Below are positions 1 through 8,611 of a stretch of DNA of 37,364 nt, in pieces. A model generated the notes under the pieces. That model had not been told where the DNA came from. It ran no database searches and saw only the letters and a list, made by a program, of their open reading frames with translations. The translations under genes and the position numbers were made by a program. Numbering within the stretch: position 1 is the first letter of the stretch; each line of letters begins with the position of its first letter. This DNA comes from an uncultured Coprobacillus sp. (GTDB lineage Bacteria > Bacillota_I > Bacilli_A > ML615J-28 > CAG-698), in assembly GCA_964534245.1 (NCBI GenBank), contig CAZHQU010000001.1, forward strand, positions 1-37,364. Direction: 5' to 3'.

Positions 1-13
1 GATTTAATATTTT

Positions 14-42
14 TTGACATATAAATTGTAATAATATATAAT
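14..42 (+). promoter_or_regulatory. sigma-A-type promoter (TTGACA-17-TATAAT) of the antitoxin-toxin operon with AT-rich inverted repeat around the -10
   Basis: TTGACA 14-19, TATAAT 37-42, 17-nt spacer. ATAATAT 31-37 / ATATTAT 44-50 inverted repeat brackets the -10 (possible autorepression operator; weak evidence because the region is AT-rich). Confidence 0.6.
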
Positions 43-67
43 AATATTATATATGGAGGTTTATATT

Positions 68-343
68 ATGAATACTACTAATATTAATGTACGAGTTAGT
101 ATCGAATTAAAGAAACAAGCTGAAGAACTATTTGAAGATTTAGGTCTTACTATGACTTCTGCTATAACAATGTTTTTAAAAAGTGCTGTAAATAACGATG
201 GTATTCCATTTGAAATAAAACGAACTCCAAATGCCGAAACTCGTGCCGCATTAGATGAATATGAACTAATGCTTAAACATCCTGAAAAATATAAGAGATA
301 TAATTCTTTCGAAGAACTTTTAAACGAGGTAAAAGATGCTTAA
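68..343 (+). CDS. dinJ: type II antitoxin, RelB/DinJ family
   Basis: MNTTNINVRVSIELKKQAEELFEDLGLTMTSAITMFLK matches the RelB/DinJ ribbon-helix-helix pattern. ATG 68 is preferred over track ATG 53 because GGAGG 55-59 lies 8 nt upstream. 8-nt overlap with the toxin gene. Confidence 0.9.
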   Translation: MNTTNINVRVSIELKKQAEELFEDLGLTMTSAITMFLKSAVNNDGIPFEIKRTPNAETRAALDEYELMLKHPEKYKRYNSFEELLNEVKDA

Positions 344-608
344 AATAGTTGCTTCAAATAATTTTAAGAAAGATTTAAAACTAGCAATTAAAAGAGGATT
401 AGATTTAAATCTATTAAACACAGTAGTTTATGCATTAGCTACTGTTCAAAAACTTGAAGCTAAATATAGAGATCATAGTCTAACTGGTAAATATAAAGAT
501 TTCAGAGAATGTCATATTGAACCAGATTGGCTTCTTATTTATAGAATCAATAATTCTGAACTTGAGTTATTCCTTTTTAGAACTGATACTCATGCTGACT
601 TATTTTAA
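336..608 (+). CDS. yafQ: type II toxin, YafQ/RelE-family mRNA interferase
   Basis: KRGLDL, RDHSLTGKYKDFRECHIEPDWLLIY and C-terminal RTDTHADLF are YafQ hallmarks. GAGGT SD; start overlaps the antitoxin stop. Confidence 0.9.
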   Translation: MLKIVASNNFKKDLKLAIKRGLDLNLLNTVVYALATVQKLEAKYRDHSLTGKYKDFRECHIEPDWLLIYRINNSELELFLFRTDTHADLF

Positions 609-622
609 AACAACTTATTTAG

Positions 623-650
623 ACTATACCAATTGGTATAGTTTTTTATT
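623..650 (+). terminator. rho-independent terminator of dinJ-yafQ
   Basis: Perfect palindrome ACTATACC-AATT-GGTATAGT (623-642) followed by a T run (643-647). Confidence 0.75.
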
Positions 651-705
651 TACAACTTTTTCAAGGGAGTTTCAATATAATTTTACAACTTTTTCAAGGG
701 AGTTT
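649..705. repeat. two perfect 24-bp direct repeats TTTACAACTTTTTCAAGGGAGTTT separated by 9 bp
   Basis: Copies at 649-672 and 682-705, read directly from the sequence. Intergenic, between convergent genes. Confidence 0.9.
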
Positions 706-713
706 TTGGTTTA

Positions 714-743
714 GAAAAAAGTAACCCTTGTTCAGAGTTACTT
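714..743 (-). terminator. probable terminator of the DUF2974 gene (hairpin overlaps its stop codon)
   Basis: AAGTAAC (719-725) / GTTACTT (737-743) 7-bp stem with an 11-nt loop. The minus-strand T run is the complement of A715-720. AT-rich stem, so moderate confidence. Confidence 0.45.
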
Positions 744-1866
744 AGTTTGAGTCTTTTTTGTTCTTTGGTTGAGTTCTTTTCTTTATTGCTCGGTATTCTC
801 CAAGTGCACCTAGCAATAGCTTTTGGAACTCTTTTTCTTTCATTAATCCCATTACTGGTTTGTATAGATATTTCTTATATTCTTTTGGAAGTTTAAAATA
901 ACTTGTTAGAATGTTTACTGATTTTCCTTCTAGTTCTTTTAGATATAATGAATTGGATGTGGATAGTAATTTATAACATGTTTCGCAGAATCCTACTTTT
1001 TCATCATATTCCATTTGATCTATTATATCTGTTATCTTATTATCTATTTTTATTGCTCCTTCTGTAAGCCTATCTAGATATATAAAGTCTTTTCCTTCAA
1101 TATGCCATATCATTGGGTCATGTTGTGCTAAACCTTTTGCATCACAACTTATTACTTTGTAATGTTCTTTATGATTAAGTAGTCTTCCGATGATTGAAAA
1201 GTTTGGAATGTATGTGTATATTTTATATAGCACTTTATTATATTCTAATGAGTTTGCTATGTAATCACTTACTCCAGGAGAATCATATGTAACAATTCTT
1301 GTTATTCTTTCATCTCCCCCAAACGCTGACCCAACAATTGCTTTGTTTCCGCCTTTTGAGTGTCCCCCACACATAAATGTTCCACTATATTTTGATAAAG
1401 CATTTTTTACATATTTTATTGCTTCTTCTTGTGCAGGTACAAAGTCCATATAAAGTAGGTTTAGGTTTTCTTTCCAACCTATTATGCTATCATCTGTTCC
1501 ACTAAATCCAAGGAAGTACAAATCTTCTTTTAGTTTAAATGTACATGCTGAAAACTGCATTTGTCTGTCTAGATCTTTTATTTCTACATAGTCAAACAGA
1601 TTTATGTTTTTAAAGCGATTGGATTTGCTCATTATATCTAATAAGTCTTTTATATCGTCTGGTATTATTAGACCTAATGATTTATCTGAATTTTTCTCTA
1701 AGTATTTTTCAGATAAATCTCCTATTGTCATTTCTTCTTTTGTTATTGAATCTTCAAAATCTAATATACAGATTATTGATAATGCAAATAAATCTATATC
1801 ATTTACATCAGATTCATCAAAAGTTAAATCTCCACGCCACTTGACGTAATCAATTATTGTTCCCAT
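742..1866 (-). CDS. DUF2974 (Mbeg1-like) alpha/beta-hydrolase/lipase-like protein
   Basis: FMCGGHSKGGNKA nucleophile-elbow motif (GHSxGG) and overall layout typical of DUF2974 proteins. The track start at 1875 is GTG; ATG 1866 is preferred because AGGTG (1873-1877) lies 6 nt upstream. Confidence 0.8.
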   Translation of the reverse strand: MGTIIDYVKWRGDLTFDESDVNDIDLFALSIICILDFEDSITKEEMTIGDLSEKYLEKNSDKSLGLIIPDDIKDLLDIMSKSNRFKNINLFDYVEIKDLDRQMQFSACTFKLKEDLYFLGFSGTDDSIIGWKENLNLLYMDFVPAQEEAIKYVKNALSKYSGTFMCGGHSKGGNKAIVGSAFGGDERITRIVTYDSPGVSDYIANSLEYNKVLYKIYTYIPNFSIIGRLLNHKEHYKVISCDAKGLAQHDPMIWHIEGKDFIYLDRLTEGAIKIDNKITDIIDQMEYDEKVGFCETCYKLLSTSNSLYLKELEGKSVNILTSYFKLPKEYKKYLYKPVMGLMKEKEFQKLLLGALGEYRAIKKRTQPKNKKDSN

Positions 1867-1972
1867 ATATATCACCTATATATTATAATATAACTTTTTA
1901 AATTAAAAGGGAAGTATTTACATCTAACATTTTTTTATTATTTGTAATACTTCCTATTTTATCTTATGTTTA

Positions 1973-4351
1973 TTATGCTCTTAAAACACCATTATGATTC
2001 TTTTCAATTAGTTTTAAGATTTTATTAACTTTACTATTGATAACTTCATCAGTTAATGTTTCATTTGATGTGAATACAATCTTGAATGCTAAAGATTTTT
2101 CATCTTCATTAATCTTGTCCCCTACATACAAGTCAAAGATCTTAACATCACTAATTAACTTTTTATCTACACTATAAATAGTATTAACGATATCACCACT
2201 GAATACATCTTTCTTAACTACGATTGCTAAGTCACGTTCTACAGATGGTACTTTAGATACTGGTACATAGTGTTTGATTGCTTTTTCTTCTCTAATTAAT
2301 TCATGAATGTTTACTTCAGCAACATATACGTTTTGTAAGCTATTAGCTTGTGCATATTTTGGGTGTAACATTCCAATGAAACCTACAACTTTATTGTTGT
2401 ATGAAATCTTTGCTGTTCTTAATGGATGCATTTCTTCCATTGTAACATCAATTTTTTCGTATTTAGCTTCAACACCAATTGCTTGTAATGCTGTATTTAA
2501 TACACCTTTTAATGTGAAGAAGTCAACTGCTTCAACTTTGCCTTGCCATAGAGTTGATGATAGAAGACCTGACATTGCGATTGCTAAGTGTTCTTCTTCA
2601 ACATATTCTTCATTTACTTGATAGTATACTTTACCTACTTCGAAGAATGCAACGTTCTTTTGCTTTCTATTGAATACATAAGATACGTTTTCTAATAAGC
2701 TTGGTACTAAGTTTCTTCTTAAGACATTTCTTTCATTACTAATTGGCATTAATAATTTAATGTCTTCTGCATCTTTATCAAATAGATATGTAAATTCATT
2801 ATTGTTTTCTCTTAGTGATAAGTTAACTGATTCAGTTAAGCCTAATGTGATTAATGATTTACGCAATGCTTTTCTATTCTTTTGTGCTTTAGTAAGTTCT
2901 CCTGCTAAAGAGCTCTTTGGTAATGTTAATGGTAATTTTTCATAACCATAGATTCTACCAATTTCTTCAACCATATCGGCTTTAATAGAGATATCAGTTC
3001 TTCTTGTTGGAACTGTTATTACTAAGTCATCACTTATTTCAAATTTTAATCTTTTTACGATATTAATGATTTCTTCTTTTGAGATTTCTACACCTAAGTA
3101 TTTAGAAATATATTCTGGTGTAATTTGAATTTGTTTTTCAGCTGATTCACTATTTTTACAAACAGTTACGCCTTTAGAGATTTTAGCTTCGCATAATGTT
3201 TGATATAAATAACAAGTATAGTCTAAAGCAAGTTTTGTTCTTAATGGATCGATTCCTTTTTCGTATCTAATAGCTGCTTCACTTCTTAAGTCTAATCTCT
3301 TATAAGTGTCTCTAATTGATTGAGGATCAAAGATTGCGGCTTCGATTAAGATGTCTTTAGTGTTTTCATCAACTGATGTTCCTAAGCCACCCATTACCCC
3401 AGCAACAGCTACTGGTTTTACACCATCTGTAATAACGATATCAGTAGTTTCTAATACTCGTTTGTTGTTATCTAGTGTTATCATTTCTTCTTTATCGTAT
3501 GCATTTCTTACAACAATTGTATTTCCTAACTTATTGTAGTCAAATGCGTGTAATGGCTGCCCAAATAAAGCTAGAATGTAGTTTGTGATGTCAACTGCGT
3601 TATTAATCGGTCTGATTCCAAAAGCGATTAGACGCGAAATTAGCCAGTCTGGAGATTTCTTAATCTTAATGTCTTTGATAACTTTAGCATAGTATAAAGA
3701 ACATTTTTCAGTATCAAGTCTTAAATTGACATTATTGTCTTCTCCATCTTCTGTATAGCTATATTCTAAAGCTTTCATTTCACGTTCAAATACTGCACTT
3801 ACTTCATATGCTACACCTAACATACTTAAAAGGTCAGCTCTATTAGGAGTAAGTCCTAGTTCTAATACATCATCATTGAAGTATAACTTTTCTAAAGGAT
3901 TGTCTCCAGGTTTTACATCTTTCACAAAGTAGTAAATACCTTCAGCATATTCTTCTGGAACATACTTCTTTTCTAAACCTAATTCTTGTAATGAACAAAT
4001 CATGCCAAATGATTCAATACCACGAATCTTAGATTTCTTAATTTTAAAGTCACCAGGAAGTTCAGCACCAACTTTAGCAACAATAACATACATACCAGCT
4101 TTAATGTTAGGAGCACCACATACGATTTGTAATACTTCTTCTCCAACATCTACAGTACATACATGTAAGTGATCACTATCTGGATGATCTACACATGTTA
4201 ATACATGACCTATTACTAAGTTAGTTCCAAATAATACTTTTTCAACACCTTCAATTTCAGTTGAGTATAAACTTAATTTATTTACTATTTCTTCAGTAGT
4301 TAAACCACTAATATCTACTAATTCATTTAACCAATCTAATTTTACTTTCAT
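1973..4351 (-). CDS. pheT: phenylalanine--tRNA ligase beta subunit
   Basis: 792 aa. N-terminal MKVKLDWLNELVDI, tRNA-binding domain, B3/4 and B5 regions, C-terminal FDX-ACB-like domain. Directly follows pheS. Confidence 0.97.
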   Translation of the reverse strand: MKVKLDWLNELVDISGLTTEEIVNKLSLYSTEIEGVEKVLFGTNLVIGHVLTCVDHPDSDHLHVCTVDVGEEVLQIVCGAPNIKAGMYVIVAKVGAELPGDFKIKKSKIRGIESFGMICSLQELGLEKKYVPEEYAEGIYYFVKDVKPGDNPLEKLYFNDDVLELGLTPNRADLLSMLGVAYEVSAVFEREMKALEYSYTEDGEDNNVNLRLDTEKCSLYYAKVIKDIKIKKSPDWLISRLIAFGIRPINNAVDITNYILALFGQPLHAFDYNKLGNTIVVRNAYDKEEMITLDNNKRVLETTDIVITDGVKPVAVAGVMGGLGTSVDENTKDILIEAAIFDPQSIRDTYKRLDLRSEAAIRYEKGIDPLRTKLALDYTCYLYQTLCEAKISKGVTVCKNSESAEKQIQITPEYISKYLGVEISKEEIINIVKRLKFEISDDLVITVPTRRTDISIKADMVEEIGRIYGYEKLPLTLPKSSLAGELTKAQKNRKALRKSLITLGLTESVNLSLRENNNEFTYLFDKDAEDIKLLMPISNERNVLRRNLVPSLLENVSYVFNRKQKNVAFFEVGKVYYQVNEEYVEEEHLAIAMSGLLSSTLWQGKVEAVDFFTLKGVLNTALQAIGVEAKYEKIDVTMEEMHPLRTAKISYNNKVVGFIGMLHPKYAQANSLQNVYVAEVNIHELIREEKAIKHYVPVSKVPSVERDLAIVVKKDVFSGDIVNTIYSVDKKLISDVKIFDLYVGDKINEDEKSLAFKIVFTSNETLTDEVINSKVNKILKLIEKNHNGVLRA

Positions 4352-4360
4352 AATAGCCTC

Positions 4361-5383
4361 CTAGAATTGCTTTAAGAAACGTGGATCATTGATATAGAAG
4401 TTTCTAATATCATCGATACCATGTCTAAGCATAGTAATTCTTTCAATACCAACACCAAATGCAAAGCCTTGGTATTCTTCAGGATCATATCCACCCATAC
4501 GTAATACATTAGGATGAACCATACCAGCACCTAATACTTCAATCCAACCATTACCTTTACATAATGGACATCCTTTACCTCCACACTTGAAGCAAGTAAC
4601 ATCTACTTCTACACTTGGTTCAGTGAATGGGAAGTAAGAAGGTCTAAATCTTACCTTTGTATTAGGACCTAATATCTTTTCAAACATTGTTGTTAATGTA
4701 CCTTTTAAATCAGACATTGTAATGCCTTTATCTACTACTAAACATTCTGCTTGCATGAATTGATGAGAATGTGTTGCATCATCATTATCACGACGATATA
4801 CTTTACCAGGGCAAACAATCTTTAAAGGTTTACCATTAGCTTTTAACATCTCACGAGCTTGCATTGGAGAAGTATGTGTACGTAATAATTTATTTTGTGT
4901 GATATAGAATGTATCTTGCATATCACGTGCAGGATGACCTTTAGGTAAGTTCATCATTTCAAAGTTGAAATGATCATCTTCAACTTCTGGTCCTTCAGCA
5001 ATCTTATAACCCATTGCTAAGAAGATATCTTCAAATTCTTCAATTGTTTTGTTTAATACATGTTCATAACCTATTAATGTTTCTTTACCAGGTAATGTAA
5101 CATCAATTTCTTCACTTTGAAGTTTCTTCATTACTTCTTCATCTTTAATTTGCGCAAGACGTTTTTGAACTTCTTCTTCAACTAAAACTTTAAATTCATT
5201 AACTCGTTTACCAATTTCTTTCTTTTCTTCAACAGAAAATTCTCTCATCTTGCTCATAATTTCTTGAACAGGACTTTTCTTTCCTAGAAACTCAGCTTTA
5301 GTTTCATTAAGTTCATTAACATTTTTACATTCTTTGATCTTCACAAGAGCTACTTCTTGTAATTCGTTAATCTTTTGTAACAT
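4361..5383 (-). CDS. pheS: phenylalanine--tRNA ligase alpha subunit
   Basis: 340 aa with class II aaRS motifs ([31 protein letters not shown]). GGAGG SD at 5391-5395. Confidence 0.97.
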   Translation of the reverse strand: MLQKINELQEVALVKIKECKNVNELNETKAEFLGKKSPVQEIMSKMREFSVEEKKEIGKRVNEFKVLVEEEVQKRLAQIKDEEVMKKLQSEEIDVTLPGKETLIGYEHVLNKTIEEFEDIFLAMGYKIAEGPEVEDDHFNFEMMNLPKGHPARDMQDTFYITQNKLLRTHTSPMQAREMLKANGKPLKIVCPGKVYRRDNDDATHSHQFMQAECLVVDKGITMSDLKGTLTTMFEKILGPNTKVRFRPSYFPFTEPSVEVDVTCFKCGGKGCPLCKGNGWIEVLGAGMVHPNVLRMGGYDPEEYQGFAFGVGIERITMLRHGIDDIRNFYINDPRFLKQF

Positions 5384-5404
5384 AATTTCTCCTCCATAAA
5401 ATAT

Positions 5405-5690
5405 AAAAAATCCTTAAGACATAAAATCTTAAGGACGAAAAATCTAACTTTGCATCTCTAAAATATAGAGATTACATAAAGCGTACTTCCGCGGTACCAC
5501 CTTAATTCACATCATACTAAAATATAATTATAGTACATATGTGCACTTCATTCCTATTAACGCTAGGTAACGGACTCTATTAAAGCCACTCCACTAGTGA
5601 ATTCAATATATCTCTAATATCTATTTGCACCAAACATAGACTCTCTATAAATAGAAAATATATTTACTACTCCAATATCAACGTATTACA
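5405..5690 (-). promoter_or_regulatory. T-box riboswitch leader, Phe-specific (UUC specifier), controlling pheST
   Basis: All on the minus strand. T-box sequence AATTAAGGTGGTACCGCGG (core 5489-5501). AGAGA (5611-5615), then specifier loop GAA-UUC-A with UUC at 5599-5601. Terminator CCTTAAGA/TCTTAAGG (5411-5436) plus T6 (5405-5410). Confidence 0.9.
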
Positions 5691-5694
5691 ATAT

Positions 5695-5723
5695 ATTATA
5701 CTACTTTTTTATAAATCTTTCAA
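5695..5723 (-). promoter_or_regulatory. sigma-A-type promoter of the pheST T-box leader
   Basis: Minus strand TTGAAA (5718-5723), 17 nt, TATAAT (5695-5700). Confidence 0.75.
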
Positions 5724-5752
5724 GTCTAATTTAATAAAGACTAATTTAATAA

Positions 5753-6709
5753 TTATTCTTCATGTTTATTAATTATTACTTTTTTAATTTTTAAATAGTT
5801 TTTTTCTGTTAAATATGCATCATTTAATTTTTCTTTCTTATACGTTAGAACAGTATTCTTAGTTAAGTTTATTAACAAATCTGTAAAATATCTTTCACAA
5901 CTAAAGTATTTTTGACTATCAATATAGTTATATGGGTGTTTAATTTTATCACTATTTCCAAATGTATTTACAACTCCACTATTTAAAATTATCCATTCAA
6001 ATGACTCTGGAGCATAGATAATTGTTTCGCCTGTTTCCCCAATATATGAATATAACGGATTAATAAATGAACCAAACGCTGCCCCATCAACAACTATAAT
6101 ATTTTTTTGATCTTTATTGATTGCTTTTATAATATTAGAATTGCCACTAGATGAATAACAATTAATTTTGTATTCATTGGCTAGTTTATTAAAATATTCA
6201 AACCCAGAAGATGAATCTTCAGTAATTATATTATTATAATTATTTAAATGAATTTCATTTATTAAACCAGTTTTGTATTTATTAACAGCAATATTTTTTG
6301 TTTTAGTTTTTGTAAATGAACTTTGAAATTCAAGTATAGAATTTATACTATATGGTAGATTAATTAGATTGTCTCTAGTTATTAATACAAAATAATTATT
6401 TGCATTTTTAACAGCATTTGCAAAATCCACACTATTCAAAAATGAATTCCCTTCATCACAAAAAACTATACTATTATCAATATTGATTAACTCTTTCATC
6501 CAGTTTTTTCCTTCTATTACTTCACAAGGAACTTTACATTTTATTTCAACTCCACTACTTTTACCTTCACGATTATAATCATTTATCATATTGATAAGAG
6601 TCGATTTTCCTGTGCCACTATTTCCACGAATAATAGTTATATTTCTTTCAACAATCAACTCAAAAGATATACGTTTATTAGATACTTTTATACTATACTT
6701 CCCTTTCAT
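5753..6709 (-). CDS. compact P-loop NTPase with Toprim/DUF4435-like C-terminal region (function unknown)
   Basis: Walker A GNSGTGKST (nt 6599-6625) and Walker B IVFCDEG about 45 aa later. C-terminal IITEDSSSG...IIVVDGAAFG...YAPESFEWIIL. AGGAG SD 6716-6720 overlaps the stop of the upstream gene. Confidence 0.85.
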   Translation of the reverse strand: MKGKYSIKVSNKRISFELIVERNITIIRGNSGTGKSTLINMINDYNREGKSSGVEIKCKVPCEVIEGKNWMKELINIDNSIVFCDEGNSFLNSVDFANAVKNANNYFVLITRDNLINLPYSINSILEFQSSFTKTKTKNIAVNKYKTGLINEIHLNNYNNIITEDSSSGFEYFNKLANEYKINCYSSSGNSNIIKAINKDQKNIIVVDGAAFGSFINPLYSYIGETGETIIYAPESFEWIILNSGVVNTFGNSDKIKHPYNYIDSQKYFSCERYFTDLLINLTKNTVLTYKKEKLNDAYLTEKNYLKIKKVIINKHEE

Positions 6710-6718
6710 AGTTTACTC

Positions 6719-7156
6719 CTAAACAAATTCATGGGCTTCTAATATAAGTTCATCCATATTATTCACTAACTTATTAGTATTTAAAATTAATATAGGATTT
6801 TTAAAATCACCAAAATTCATAATATATCGTAAATTAATTGTTAAATCTTTTTTTTCAGCAATTTCCAAGATAAATTTTGCACAGTTGTCTCCACACGTTG
6901 TAGCATTAAATATTTTATTTTTATCATTTTTCATTAATAATAAAGTCTTTACGCCACCAGATAATTTTTCAGGAGAAATCGGTCCTAAAAATGGACTATC
7001 AATTAAATTTTCACTTATTACATCTGATTTATCTATTTCTTTAATAATCTTTTTACCAAAGCTACTTACTATCCATTTTTGATTATATGTATTATTAAAA
7101 TAAATGCTTGTATTAAACACTACATCATCCATATTTCCAAAAAATATTTTAAGCAT
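6719..7156 (-). CDS. small protein with ABC-signature-like LSGG motif but no P-loop. I recall this type being annotated as a DUF4869-type family; unverified.
   Basis: 145 aa. SPEKLSGGVKTLLLM then IFNATTCGDNCAKFILEIAEKKDLTINL. AGAGGTG SD 7164-7170. 9-nt gap to the downstream NTPase gene. Confidence 0.8.
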   Translation of the reverse strand: MLKIFFGNMDDVVFNTSIYFNNTYNQKWIVSSFGKKIIKEIDKSDVISENLIDSPFLGPISPEKLSGGVKTLLLMKNDKNKIFNATTCGDNCAKFILEIAEKKDLTINLRYIMNFGDFKNPILILNTNKLVNNMDELILEAHEFV

Positions 7157-7177
7157 ATAGATTCACCTCTAATTACT

Positions 7178-7206
7178 ATTATACTATATATTTTACTTAT
7201 TTTCAA
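7178..7206 (-). promoter_or_regulatory. sigma-A-type promoter of the two-gene NTPase module
   Basis: Minus strand TTGAAA (7201-7206), 17 nt, TATAAT (7178-7183). Confidence 0.7.
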
Positions 7207-7256
7207 TATTTTATTCTATGCTAGCCAATATTTAATTTCTTAGATTAGTTCAAAAT

Positions 7257-8588
7257 TTATATAAATAAAATCATATAATGAGGTATTGTTTGTTTTACTC
7301 CAACTTTTCCATTTCTCCCATTAATTAGTTTATATGCAATATCTGGGTTATAATCATCAATATAATTATTCAAAGATATTGTTGAGGAATTGCTAGCTTT
7401 TACTTCGACGGGAATTACTTTCCCATTCTTTTCTATTAAAAACTCTATTTCATGATCATTATCTGGCTTATAATAATATAAATTATACCCTCGTTTAATC
7501 AAACATTCAGAAATTACATTTTCATATATTCCGCCTTTAGCGTTGCCCTTAATACTATCATTTAATACTGCTAATTTTGTTTCAAACCCATACATAGCGC
7601 ATAATAACCCAGTATCATTTATGTATAATTTGAATTGATCATCATAAGCATTTGCCATTAATGGCAAATATGGTTGATGAACATTATAACATGCATTTAC
7701 AATTTCAGAATCTTTCAACCATTGTATACTGCCACCAAACTTTCTTCGAGTTTGTCCTTTTTCAACTGTTGAATACTGAAATTTCTTTAACTCCTTTACA
7801 AGTTGTTTAGGTATAGCATCATAACACATTCTTACTAATTGTTTTTCTTTACCCTTTGCATGTTTTGAAATATCATCTTTGTATTCAGCTAATATATCAT
7901 TTTGAATTTTATCGACCCTTGAAAAATTTTTGTGTAATATGAAATCATTAACAACTTCAGGCATTCCCCCAACAACAATAAATTCCCTAAATAATTCAAT
8001 ATATTTTTTATGTATTACTTCAGGGATTTGCTCTCCTCTTTCAAAATAATCTTTTAATATGTTTATGGCATTACAATCATATCCATTTGCCCAAAGAAAT
8101 TCCTCAAAATCTAATGAATACATCTTAATTTGAGTTTCATACCCTACTGGTACTAACTCAGGAATCTCCACAGATTCATCATCATCTTCACCATAAGTAA
8201 GGCCCATTAAAGATCCTGATGTGATTACATCAAACCTCATATCTTCAGCTAAGAATTTAATTGATGTTCTTGCGTTACCACATCTTTGTATTTCATCTAA
8301 AAATATCAAAGTATTCCCTTCAATTAATTTAAAATCTTTTATATAAGCAGATATTCTTTTTAAAATCTCTACAGAACTTAAATCACCATCAAATATAGCT
8401 TTTAACTCTGGTTGTTTAAAGAAATCTATATATATAAATGATTCATATTCATTCATTCCAAATTCTTTTATAATATATGATTTACCAACTTGACGAGCTC
8501 CTTTTATTAAAAGACATTTTTTAAACTGTTCTTCTCTTCTTTGTTTTTTCCATTCTAACAATTTATCATACATCTTTCTTTTTAGCAT
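7257..8588 (-). CDS. AAA-type ATPase with DUF4143-type C-terminal PD-(D/E)xK-like domain (COG1373-type)
   Basis: 443 aa. Walker A GARQVGKS, Walker B LIFLDEIQ, C-terminal DHEIEFLIE...IPVEVKAS nuclease-fold-like motif. AGAGGTGA SD. Confidence 0.9.
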   Translation of the reverse strand: MLKRKMYDKLLEWKKQRREEQFKKCLLIKGARQVGKSYIIKEFGMNEYESFIYIDFFKQPELKAIFDGDLSSVEILKRISAYIKDFKLIEGNTLIFLDEIQRCGNARTSIKFLAEDMRFDVITSGSLMGLTYGEDDDESVEIPELVPVGYETQIKMYSLDFEEFLWANGYDCNAINILKDYFERGEQIPEVIHKKYIELFREFIVVGGMPEVVNDFILHKNFSRVDKIQNDILAEYKDDISKHAKGKEKQLVRMCYDAIPKQLVKELKKFQYSTVEKGQTRRKFGGSIQWLKDSEIVNACYNVHQPYLPLMANAYDDQFKLYINDTGLLCAMYGFETKLAVLNDSIKGNAKGGIYENVISECLIKRGYNLYYYKPDNDHEIEFLIEKNGKVIPVEVKASNSSTISLNNYIDDYNPDIAYKLINGRNGKVGVKQTIPHYMILFI

Positions 8589-8611
8589 AAGTTAATCACC
8601 TCTTTTATTTT

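Noticed and set aside
517-714. 65-aa plus-strand ORF overlapping the yafQ 3' end and the intergenic repeats
   Set aside because: It has no SD. It reads through the yafQ terminator palindrome and the two 24-bp repeats (hence the duplicated TTFSREF), so the product is a repeat artefact.
1604-3539. Plus-strand ORFs 1604-1849, 2307-2621, 2760-2945 and 3351-3539
   Set aside because: These are antisense shadow ORFs inside the DUF2974 gene and pheT. They have no SD, Ser/Phe/Leu-rich low-complexity products, and the opposite strand encodes well-recognised proteins.
5753-7156. ABC transporter ATPase split in two
   Set aside because: There is no permease or SBP gene in the operon. The LSGG protein precedes the Walker A protein rather than following it, Walker A and B are only about 45 aa apart, and the C-terminal region is not transporter-like.
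5753-8588. Prophage remnant or integrative element for the NTPase island
   Set aside because: There is no integrase, transposase, flanking direct or inverted repeats, or tRNA. Only composition and gene content hint at accessory origin.
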